From Macrostomum hystrix (Eukaryota; Animalia; Platyhelminthes), in assembly GCA_950097015.1 (NCBI GenBank), contig CATNEN010000034.1, forward strand, positions 1,178,001 to 1,242,000: a DNA stretch of 64,000 bases. The letters run 5' to 3'. Under the pieces are notes generated by a model that was given only the letters and a program-made list of their open reading frames with translations, made no database searches and was not told the DNA's origin. The position numbers were made by a program, and so were the translations under genes. Positions 25,349-35,870 of this stretch are shown here, in pieces (positions within the stretch are counted from its first letter, which is position 1; each line of letters starts with the position of its first letter).

Positions 25349-27787
25349 AAGCAGTATGTATTCAACTCAGTGTAACCACTGATGAATCCGTAAATGTACC
25401 CGCACTTCAACAGTTCAGATAGTCAACTATAGGCAGTATATATTCAACTCAGTGTAACCACTGATGAATCCGTAAATGTACCCCCACTTCAACAGTTCAG
25501 ATAGTCAACTATAAGCAGTATATATTCAACTCAGTGTAACCACTGATGAATCCGTAAATGTACCCCCACTTCAACAGTTCAGATAGTCAACTATAAGCCG
25601 TATATATTCAACTCAGTGTAACCACTGATGAATCCGTAAATGTACCCCCACTTCAACAGTTCAGATAGTCAACTATAAGCAGTATATATTCAACTCAGTG
25701 TAACCACTGATGAATCCGTAAATGTACCCCCACTTCAACAGTTCAGATAGTCAACTATAAGCCGTATATATTCAACTCAGTGTAACCACTGATGAATCCG
25801 TAAATGTACCCCCACTTCAACAGTTCAGATAGTCAACTATAAGCCGTATATATTCAACTCAGTGTAACCACTGATGAATCCGTAAATGTACCCGGCCACT
25901 TCAACAGTTCAGATAGTCAACTATAAGCCGTATATATTCAACTCAGTGTAACCATGCACTGATGAATCCGTAAATGTACCCCCACTTCAACAGTTCAGAT
26001 AGTCAACTATAAGCAGTATATATTCAACTCAGTGTAACCACTGATGAATCCGTAAATGTACCCCCACTTCAACAGTTCAGATAGTCAACTATAAGCAGTA
26101 TATATTCAACTCAGTGTAACCACTGATGAATCCGTAAATGTACCCTCACTTCAACAGTTCAGATAGTCAACTATAAGCCGTATATATTCAACTCAGTGTA
26201 ACCACTGATGAATCCGTAAATGTACCCCCACTTCAACAGTTCAGATAGTCAACTATAAGCAGTATATATTCAACTCAGTGTAACCACTGATGAATCCGTA
26301 AATGTACCCTCACTTCAACAGTTCAGATAGTCAACTATAAGCAGTATATATTCAACTCAGTGTAACCACTGATGAATCCGTAAATGTACCCTCACTTCAA
26401 CAGTTCAGATAGTCAACTATAAGCCGTATATATTCAACTCAGTGTAACCACTGATGAATCCGTAAATGTACCCCCACTTCAACAGTTCAGATAGTCAACT
26501 ATAAGCCGTATATATTCAACTCAGTGTAACCACTGATGAATCCGTAAATGTACCCCCACTTCAACAGTTCAGATAGTCAACTATAAGCAGTATATATTCA
26601 ACTCAGTGTAACCACTGATGAATCCGTAAATGTACCCTCACTTCAACAGTTCAGATAGTCAACTATAAGCAGTATATATTCAACTCAGTGTAACCACTGA
26701 TGAATCCGTAAATGTACCCCCACTTCAACAGTTCAGATAGTCAACTATAAGCCGTATATATTCAACTCAGTGTAACCACTGATGAATCCGTAAATGTACC
26801 CCCACTTCAACAGTTCAGATAGTCAACTATAAGCCGTATATATTCAACTCAGTGTAACCACTGATGAATCCGTAAATGTACCCCCACTTCAACAGTTCAG
26901 ATAGTCAACTATAAGCCGTATATATTCAACTCAGTGTAACCACTGATGAATCCGTAAATGTACCCTCACTTCAACAGTTCAGATAGTCAACTATAAGCAG
27001 TATATATTCAACTCAGTGTAACCACTGATGAATCCGTAAATGTACCCTCACTTCAACAGTTCAGATAGTCAACTATAAGCAGTATATATTCAACTCAGTG
27101 TAACCACTGATGAATCCGTAAATGTACCCCCACTTCGACAGTTCAGATAGTCAACTATAAGCCGTATATATTCAACTCAGTGTAACCACTGATGAATCCG
27201 TAAATGTACCCTCACTTCAACAGTTCAGATAGTCAACTATAAGCCGTATATATTCAACTCAGTGTAACCACTGATGAATCCGTAAATGTACCCCCACTTC
27301 AACAGTTCAGATAGTCAACTATAAGCCGTATATATTCAACTCAGTGTAACCACTGATGAATCCGTAAATGTACCCCCACTTCAACAGTTCAGATAGTCAA
27401 CTATAAGCCGTATATATTCAACTCAGTGTAACCACTGATGAATCCGTAAATGTACCCCCACTTCAACAGTTCAGATAGTCAACTATAAGCAGTATATATT
27501 CAACTCAGTGTAACCACTGATGAATCCGTAAATGTACCCTCACTTCAACAGTTCAGATAGTCAACTATAAGCCGTATATATTCAACTCAGTGTAACCACT
27601 GATGAATCCGTAAATGTACCCCCACTTCAACAGTTCAGATAGTCAACTATAAGCAGTATATATTCAACTCAGTGTAACCACTGATGAATCCGTAAATGTA
27701 CCCTCACTTCAACAGTTCAGATAGTCAACTATAAGCCGTATATATTCAACTCAGTGTAACCACTGATGAATCCGTAAATGTACCCCC
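25349..27787. repeat. 82-bp satellite array, about 30 copies
   Basis: TATTCAACTCAG occurs at 25441 and 25523 and onward. Units are nearly identical, with two recurrent variable sites. Confidence 0.96.
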
Positions 27788-28439
27788 TAAGTTTGTAGAA
27801 CAGGTGCACATCTGGAATCGCGCATGCCGTTATTGGATAGCCCCTGATGTGCCGTCAAAAATTCAGCATCCGAAACTTAAAAAAATAACGATATTCGCAC
27901 TTCAAAAAACTAACTTTTAGCTTTTGATGAATAAAAGTGCTAATTTTCTAAAACGCATAACAAAAATTAAGAGATTTTAAAGCTAAGGCCCTATTTGGCT
28001 ATCACCGGGGTCATTATGTTTTACACTTGCTTCCGTTAGAAGCTCATAGCGGATGAAAGTTACGGGATAGATGAAGTTGAGGGTAGAAGCTTGCCCACTG
28101 AGCTCAGGCAGAATGCCGAATAAAATAAAGAACGCTGATAATAGAAAGGCCAAAAGTATTAAAATTGGTGAGCGTAATGTCTTTTGCTCGCCTCAGATTT
28201 GAACTCAAGTGACTCTGGGTTTTCGCTCATGCAAGTAATAGCTGGTTTACTAATAACGCAGACTCAAACCACACAAGGGATGATTCACACGAAGGAATAA
28301 ACGACTCAATGAACTTAATAAACAGGTTAGAGCCTAATAAACAAATAAACACAGAGGATAAGCGAGGCTGCTTACTAATAGAATTGATAAGGTGATGCTG
28401 CTTACTCATAAAATTGATAAGGGTTTCAAACAATTTTCC

Positions 28440-29320
28440 TAAGATCTGCGTCTAGCACCAGCAGCAGATAATCAACAACAGCGTTAATAGCAAAAATGAC
28501 AACACAAATTATTGCACTTTTAGCAGCTGCGGCAGCCAGTCGGTGACGAAACTTGTCTTAGAGCCGCACCTCGGCATAGCTCAGCAGGATAAGGTCGTAG
28601 CAACATCCGTAGTCCCACGTAGTCTCCGTAGTCTGCTAGTTAGTAATAAAAAATTGAAAATTATGAAAAATATATTCAAGTTTTTTTATAAAATAACTAA
28701 AATTAATAAATAATAAATAAATAGAGCAAAGAAGTAAAATCAGGGACATTCCATCGTGGGCCAATTCCTTATATACTTATTTATAACAAACATATTTATA
28801 ACGAACGTTTCAATAATATATAAAATACAAACTACAAACCAAGATTAAATTAAGTTAACGGATGCGCACCTGACATGACTTATAGACTTTTCTTTGGGTT
28901 TTAGTTGTCCCTGGCTGTGGCCCAGGTGAAACTGCTCCGGGAAGCTGCTGATTAGCCCCTGCAGAGCTAACGCTGCGGCTGCCTCATGGAATGGCTAGAG
29001 CAGCCAATCAAACATGTCGACACCGGTGACGCCGCGCGCCCATCTGAAGTGGTCCCAGACCCTCTGACTTGGCCACCAGCTGGGACACGTCCATGGCGGC
29101 AAGAAGGTCGCTGCCTGGGCCGCAGCCGAGTGACAGGACCTCATAGCTGGTGCTGCTGGTGTTTGAGCCCATGATGGCGTCATAGAGCTCAGCTTGAATC
29201 AGCTGGCGAATGGACAACCGCTTCTTCGGGAGCTCGCACACTGTGTATGCGGCCCTAAATTCACTAGATTGGTAGAACCCTAAGTTTCCTTTGTCGCCTG
29301 ACTGACTGGAAAACAAAAGT
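28440..29320 (-). pseudogene. Class I SAM-dependent methyltransferase-like pseudogene
   Basis: In order on the minus strand: VLSLGCGPGSDL (motif I), VTGVDMFDW (motif II-like), YDLILLSY (28576-28599) and LLVLD. It carries a 7-nt insertion frameshift and TAG/TAA stops. Confidence 0.68.
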
Positions 29321-30134
29321 AGAATATTTTACTAATTTCAACAAAAATGTTTTTAAAATATATTTTGTGAGCACAGGCTATGGAATCTGAGTCTCTATAG
29401 CACCTGAGTCTATCCTATCTAGGCCAATGAGATCTGAGTCTATGCCATGAATTTCTATCTGAGTATGAAAAGGCAAAATAATGAAAATAGGAGACAAACA
29501 CATCAAACACATTGAGATTAACCCGGCTTAATTATATAATAATTAATTAAGAAGTCATATTGCTTAAAAAAACACAGAGGATAAGCGAGGCTGCTTACTA
29601 ATAGAATTGATAAGGTGATGCTGCTTACTAATAGAATTGATAAGGTGATGCTGCTTACTCATAGAATTGATAATGTTTAACGGGTTTCAAACAATTTTAC
29701 TAAAGCACTCCCGCTGGCGCACCGGCTCGATGTCATTGTCGATGACGAATATTCGGCTGCCAAGTCTTAACACGTGAAACAAAGCAACTATGATGATTTC
29801 TAGAGAAGCATCATAGTTGCTTCTATGATGCTGCAGCAGCAGTCAGTCAGCAGTCAGCCAGTCAGTGACTGATCTACCAGACTGGATGCTCGTTGACACT
29901 ACGTACTTTCCCTCCGAGGTCCACATCGCCGAACTGGCTGGCGGGCTGGAAAACAAAAGTAGAATATTTTACTAATTTCAACAAATATGTTTTTAGAGAG
30001 GCAGTCGATATCGAAATAATTATGGAAATTCGTCAGTAATAAGATAGGGCTTATAGGGCCCGACTTTCTCATCGTCTGGCAGTGTACACTATCGCTGTGC
30101 CCCTAAGTCTTCTCTCCGCGGCTGCGTTCAAAAT

Positions 30135-30210
30135 GAATGTGGCCTCGCCGCGGAATCGAGCTCAGGGACCTCGGTGCGAGAGGCCAACGCGTTAGACCGA
30201 TTTGCCACTC
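30135..30210 (-). mobile_element. tRNA-derived SINE-like head
   Basis: Minus strand GTGGCAAATCGG (A-box-like) and GCTCGATTCC (B-box-like) with tRNA-like spacing. Confidence 0.5.
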
Positions 30211-31274
30211 ACCCGGCCCTAACCAATGTTACAAGCTCACTGAGTAGGAATTTTGTAGCTTATCTCAGCTGTTTACTACACAAAATGATTGAAGCAAACA
30301 ACAATTTTTTTCTAATTGTTGCTTTATTTGAATGGAATAAAATGAGCATATGATGAGCAGCGATAAGTAAATAACAAAACAGAGCATTAGTAGAGCTAAC
30401 TAACATTAACACAATACAAGAACGGTACGTTTTTTGTATTTTACTACTGCAATATCTATAAGAAAGTATTAAAATAACAGTGCACTATATCTGAATAACA
30501 ATTTTATATTAATTAATAAAGGTTTGTACTAGCTAACTATATTTTTGTAGAAAGCTTTGCACGTTAAAAAAAAGAACGGGAATTTAATTTGGCATAGAAT
30601 TTAATTAGCGAGACATTGTAAACATATATGCTCATACTTAATTACATTCGTGGAGCTTAGTAAAATAACTTTCGGAGCACTAACACAAGCTCCAAAATTT
30701 ATGGCAATCATTTTTCATCTCCATTTTTGGATATTTTCATTTTGAATTAGTGCTACTGATACTGATACTGATACTGGCACTGCTACTGACGTGTCAGAAA
30801 GACGTGGCAGTGTCTATGGAAAGTGTGAACGAACTGTTCTGTGTTTTATTGTTTAAAATCATTTTCATAGATTTTTGAGCTTGTGTAACACTACCCCTGA
30901 CCTTCGCGCACGTTTCTTGCTGCAGCTCCTGAATAGAAAAAGATATGAACATGATTTTAATTTTGTTTTCTTTCTGACAAAATTTCCTTTCATTTGACAC
31001 CATGGGCGTGAAATTTCATGGCTCCGTTGAAGAGCAACGTTGGACATTCCGGGAACTTTTGGGACACCCCTCGTAAAATTTATAAAAAATCGAATGCTTT
31101 TAGTTCAGAAAAACACACGCAAAGGATGAATGTATAAGTACTTATAGGCATTGTAGTTTACAGACAAGCAAGCGGCGACAAAAATCGCAGTTTTTATCTT
31201 ACTGAGTACGGAGATACACCCGAATTAGTAGTAGTAAAAACTAAAATTATTAATCGTTTAAAGTCATTTTTACC

Positions 31275-31487
31275 ATTGTTGCCAATGCCACCGGTGCCGC
31301 TCTCGCCTAGCAACAGCCGCGAGTCGTCCATCAGGCTGGGCTGCGGTCTCTTAGCAACCAATGCGCGAGGCAGCTTGTCGTGGTACAACTGATAGACGTC
31401 ACGGTCGGCCGGACAGCTACAACGGAAGGCCTCGCATTCGTACATGGCCGAATAATAGGCTTGCAGATGCTGCAGCTCTGATGGCAC
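31275..31487 (-). CDS. GC-rich putative exon of unknown function (possibly an upstream exon of the methyltransferase-like gene)
   Basis: Open frame MPSELQHLQAYYSAMYEC...GGIGNN ending at a donor-like G|GTAAAA. No recognisable domain. Confidence 0.35.
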
Positions 31488-32117
31488 ATCGAAGTCGCGA
31501 TAGAACTGAAATGTATCGACGATGCGAACAATTGAATCACGCCTGTCTCATCTCTCTGATCTCACCCAAGACGTCTCATCTCTCCGATCTCACCTCACCC
31601 CTGTCTCGTCTCTCCGATCTCACCTCACCCCTGTCTCATCTCTCCTCTGTCTAATCTGAACACTGTCACATGCATCTTGGCCCTGATTCATGTCTTCACT
31701 GTCTCATATCTTCCCTGTTTTATCTCCCGTCTTATCTCTCCTCTGTATAAAACTGTGCCGTGTCTTACATCTTCCATGTCACATCTCTCGCCTGTCTCAT
31801 CTTTATCCTGTCTCATCTCTTTCCTATCTGATTTCACAGTCAATACCGACCCGCATTCATTTTAGAATCTATCTTTAGCCCGCTGGAGCTAAATAGACTC
31901 TGAGATTAAAAAAGCATTCGAACCCTGGCAGACAAACAGGGAATTCTACCTTAGCGGCCATTTTCAGATGATGCAGTTTAGGCATGAGTTGGCAATCCGC
32001 GTAGGTTAGCTCATCTGAGAGCAGGTAGCGACAACTTAGCGACAATTTGTACATGTGGTTCGGACTGCGCGGCTTCGGTCGATACTTAAGGCGCAGAGGC
32101 TCAACTGGATCACACCA

Positions 32118-32779
32118 TCAGCAACATCACCTCATCAATTCTATGTGACAGCAGCATCATATTATCAATTCTATAAGTTAGCAACATCATATTATCAATT
32201 CTATAAGTCAGCAGCATCATATTATCAATTCTATGTGACAGCAGCATCATATTATCAATTCTATGTGTCAGCAGCATCATATTATCAATTCTATGTGACA
32301 GCAGCATCATATTATCAATTCTATGTGTCAGCATCATCATATTATCAATTCTATAAGTCAGCATCATCATATTATCAATTCTATGTGTCAGCAGCATCAT
32401 ATTATCAATTCTATGTGACAGCAGCATCATATTATCAATTCTATGTGTCAGCATCATCATATTATCAATTCTATAAGTCAGCAGCATCATATTATTAATT
32501 CTATGTGACAGCAGCATCATATTATCAATTCTGTAAGTCAGCAGCATCATATTATCAATTCTATGTGTCAGCAGCATCATATTATCAATTCTATGTGACA
32601 GCAGCATCATATTATCAATTCTATAAGTCAGCAGCATGATATTATCAATTCTATGTGACAGCAGCATCATATTATCAATTCTATAAGTCAGCAGCATCAT
32701 ATTATCAATTCTATGAGTCAGCAGCATCATATTATCAATTCTATAAGTCAGCAGCATCATATTATCAATTCTATGTGAC
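32118..32779. repeat. 30-bp satellite, about 22 copies
   Basis: Unit ATTATCAATTCTAT(GTGAC/AAGTC/GTGTC)AGCAGCATCAT. The YYQFY and MMLL ORFs arise from this repeat. Confidence 0.95.
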
Positions 32780-32873
32780 GTCTTGGCAAGTGCAAAAGAT
32801 TGAAACGCGCACTGTTCACTTTCACGCCACGATGAGGCGCGTCACGTTCGTGAAAGAAAAATTTATCTGACAA

Positions 32874-33274
32874 ATGCAGAGGGAAAATGTCAAAGCAATG
32901 AATGCACATTGACAATCCCAGCATTAGTTTTATGCAGAGGGAAAAATGTCAAAGCAATGAATGCACAGTGACAATCCCAGCATTAGTTTTATGCAGAGGG
33001 AAAAATGTCAAAGCAATGAATGCACATTGACAATCCCAGCATTAGTTTTATGCAGAGGGAAAAATGTCAAAGCAATGAATGCACATTGACAATCCCAGCA
33101 TTAGTTTTATGCAGAGGAAAAATGTCAAAGCAATGAATGCACATTGACAATCCCAGCATTAGTTTTATGCAGAGGAAAAATGTCAAAGCAATGAATGCAC
33201 AGTGACAATCCCAGCATTAGTTTTATGCAGAGGAAAAATGTCAAAGCAATAAATGCACATTGACAATCCCAGCA
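32874..33274. repeat. 59-bp tandem array (inverted relative to 23141-23837), about 7 copies
   Basis: The unit ATGCAGAGGGAAAAATGTCAAAGCAATGAATGCACATTGACAATCCCAGCATTAGTTTT is the reverse complement of the left array unit. Confidence 0.95.
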
Positions 33275-33445
33275 ATATTTGACAGAATATAGACTCTAGT
33301 CCCTGTAAAGATAGCAGCTCTCTGCACAGTGACTATTTTCGGCTGAAAACATTGAAAACCATAGCATATTGCATCTTAAATATACTATCTAATATTAAGC
33401 TATTGGCGTCGTGTGGGCCTCTAATAATTGTTTCATATTAAAATT

Positions 33446-34698
33446 TCATTCCGTTTGTCTAGTATCTAGTCTAAGCGTAATGTTGGGTGCAGAGCTCGCC
33501 CCATATAAAGATGACTGAGCAAGTCTATTTGCGTCATTTACAAATGGAGTATTGAAAGGATTAAAATTTGTTGAACTTTCACTTTCGTGAAAGTGTTGCC
33601 GATATTTCGCGGTTACAGAAGTCAGTGCCGTATCTCCTTCACTCTCCAAGTCACTTGTGGTGATATTATGGTAGTCATCGACTTGTAGCCCTTCTTCCAT
33701 CACTTGAGCCTGTTGTTGATGCAGATGAGAGGCACTTATTGGTGTATCATGATCAGGTGATACATCAATGGAAACTGAATTACAAAATGTCAGTTCTGTA
33801 TTTTCGAGTTCCTTTAAAATGGCTACACATTTTTCTCTGGATAAGTGATGGGGGTCCTTCAATTCTGGAATGAATTTGCAACTTCTTCCGACAAGGCTCC
33901 ATGGAATCTTGCCGTCGAAACCTGTCGCTGTTTTATGTGCAATTTTAGCCCTTAAAAAAATTTCTTGTCGCATTTTTTTCACATCGCTATAAACAGAAGC
34001 TAGGTTTCGTGGCTGACTAGTTTCAGCAAGCTGAACATCACTGCGCTCATTTGCCATATTTTGTTGTTCTGCTTTTTTCGCGTCATCCATTAGTTCTGCT
34101 ATTTTATTTATATGGGGCTCCATAGCGCTTCTAACATTAGGCGATATGTCATTGGACGTGGTAAAATCGGTTCCACGTCGGGTTAATATAATAAGTACGT
34201 ATGTCTCACCTGTACGTTTTAAATCATTTACCACTTTTCTTATTTTCTTCTGCTGATTTTTAGCTTCTTCTTGAAGACGTCGCTTTTCTTCGATTGGCAG
34301 ACTCATATACTCGCGACGCAGTTCGGCGGTCCACACTAGAATTAAAGGAAGATTTGAATTTTTAAATTTTACCAAAACATAGTGACTAATTATTATATTT
34401 ATTTATTTCTAGCTTTTATGTAAATTAATAGATGCACCCCACAGAGAATATAACATATGATGTAGCCTAGAAAATACAACAATATTCAAGACTTTTAGAA
34501 AAAAACAATGTTATGCTGCATAAATGGACTAAAATGTTTTGTATTAAAAATAATGCTGCCTACTCATACATTACTATTTCTTGAGTTCTAGTCTTACTAT
34601 ATATCCCTGTAGTATATTTTTAAGTAATACTGACCATAAGAAAACTTACCTGCCTTTCCTTTGTTTTGCAAAAACACATTGGCACCAGTTAGAACCAT
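33446..34698 (-). CDS. Intact 2-exon gene (34698-34650, 34335-33446), about 310 aa, degenerate HMG-box-like N-terminus
   Basis: The spliced product starts MVLTGANVFLQNKGKAVWTAELRREYMSLPIEEKRRLQEEAK. The GTAAG donor and AG acceptor join in phase 1. The exon structure is well supported; the HMG resemblance is by eye only. Confidence 0.65.
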
Positions 34699-35386
34699 CT
34701 GTGTGTAAGAAAAAAATTAGAATTACAAAATAAAACCATTTTATTGCACTATTTCTTATGCACTTTAATTTAAGACTCAAACTGAAATACGAAGCTTTAG
34801 TGCCTACTTTATGCTTTAAAATTTGAGTTAATTTAAATTTAAATTTCCTTTGTTTCTTTTTTGGTTTGATAATCTCAATTTCTTATAATATAATCAGTAC
34901 TGACCATAATAATCTTATTTCATCTTGTAACTCTTGTATTATGTATGCCTGTACCATAATAATATAAAAATATTATAGGGGTAGGGCCTAGTGAGAATAT
35001 TATGTCACAAAAGGGTTGCTGTTCTATAAAAAGGTGTACAAGCGCATGGCATAAATTTACTTTTGTTTGCAAAATTATTTTTATGAATAAATTTAAAATT
35101 GCGCTAAATGAAACAAAAAGTGCAGTGCAGAAACAATTCAGTTTATAGTATTCGTAACAATTCAGTTCAATTCAGTTCAGTTCAGGTTAGTTTAGTTTAC
35201 TTGGCTGTTATATAGCCACAGGGTAGTAGTGACAAATCCAGTAAAAAATGCTACAGAATGCTTGGAAGTTGGAAGCTTGGAAATATTGCCTGATTGAAGT
35301 CACTAATAAAGGTTAGAAATGTAGCTGCGATTCTTTCTGCTCTTTGGATGCTGCCGAGCTGGTTATGGCCAAAGACAATTATGAAA

Positions 35387-35870
35387 GGCAGTGCTTATCC
35401 CCACGGTACCGTAGAAATAATTTTTGTCTTATTCCTACGGTACAGTGGGAATAATTTCCTGCTTATCTGCACGGCACACTGATGAGATAGCTGTCCTATC
35501 TTCAACATAGCTCCAGAGATGCGTAAAGTAATAGACTGGATTATAGGCTTAGAAGGCTTGAGCTATAAGATTATAAAAATACACACTTCAGTTGTATTCT
35601 TTTAAATATATAAATAATAGTAATATATATTTTATATACTTAAAAAGCCACCGTATTGGTTAACTAATTGCAAAAAAAGCAGAAAACTTTTATTTGTTTA
35701 CTTGCTTTTAAAAACCGGAAGAAAAAAAAATTGCAGTCACGATAAAAAGATAGATGATTAGGACAGCTATCTTATCAGTGTGCCGTGCGGATAAGCAGGA
35801 AATTATTCCCACGGTACCGTAGGAAAAAGACAAAAATTATTTCTACAGTACCATGGGGATAAGCACTGCC
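35387..35870. mobile_element. Mutator-type MITE
   Basis: TIRs of about 125 bp starting GGCAGTGCTTATCCCCA; 9-bp TSD ATTATGAAA at 35378-35386 and 35871-35879. Confidence 0.9.

Noticed and set aside
25349-27787. CRISPR array or hammerhead ribozyme array (each unit contains CTGATGA)
   Set aside because: There are no unique spacers and the context is eukaryotic. CTGATGA is not followed by a stem closing on GAAA.
18627-31072. One mariner element spanning 18627-31072 and enclosing the KDZ gene
   Set aside because: The ends (CGTAGGGTGTCCCAGAAA versus CGAGGGGTGTCCCAAAAG) match only in a core, and no convincing transposase N-terminus follows 31072. Treated as two separate remnants; unresolved rather than excluded.
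32055-32870. Repeat proteins (YYQFYVTAAS)n and (MMLLTHRIDN)n
   Set aside because: These are open frames on both strands of a 30-bp satellite, with no unique flanking coding sequence or splice support.
23141-33274. A separate 10-kb foldback transposon bounded by the 59-bp arrays
   Set aside because: The outer flanks do not match each other and no TSD was found, so it is reported as inverted arms only.
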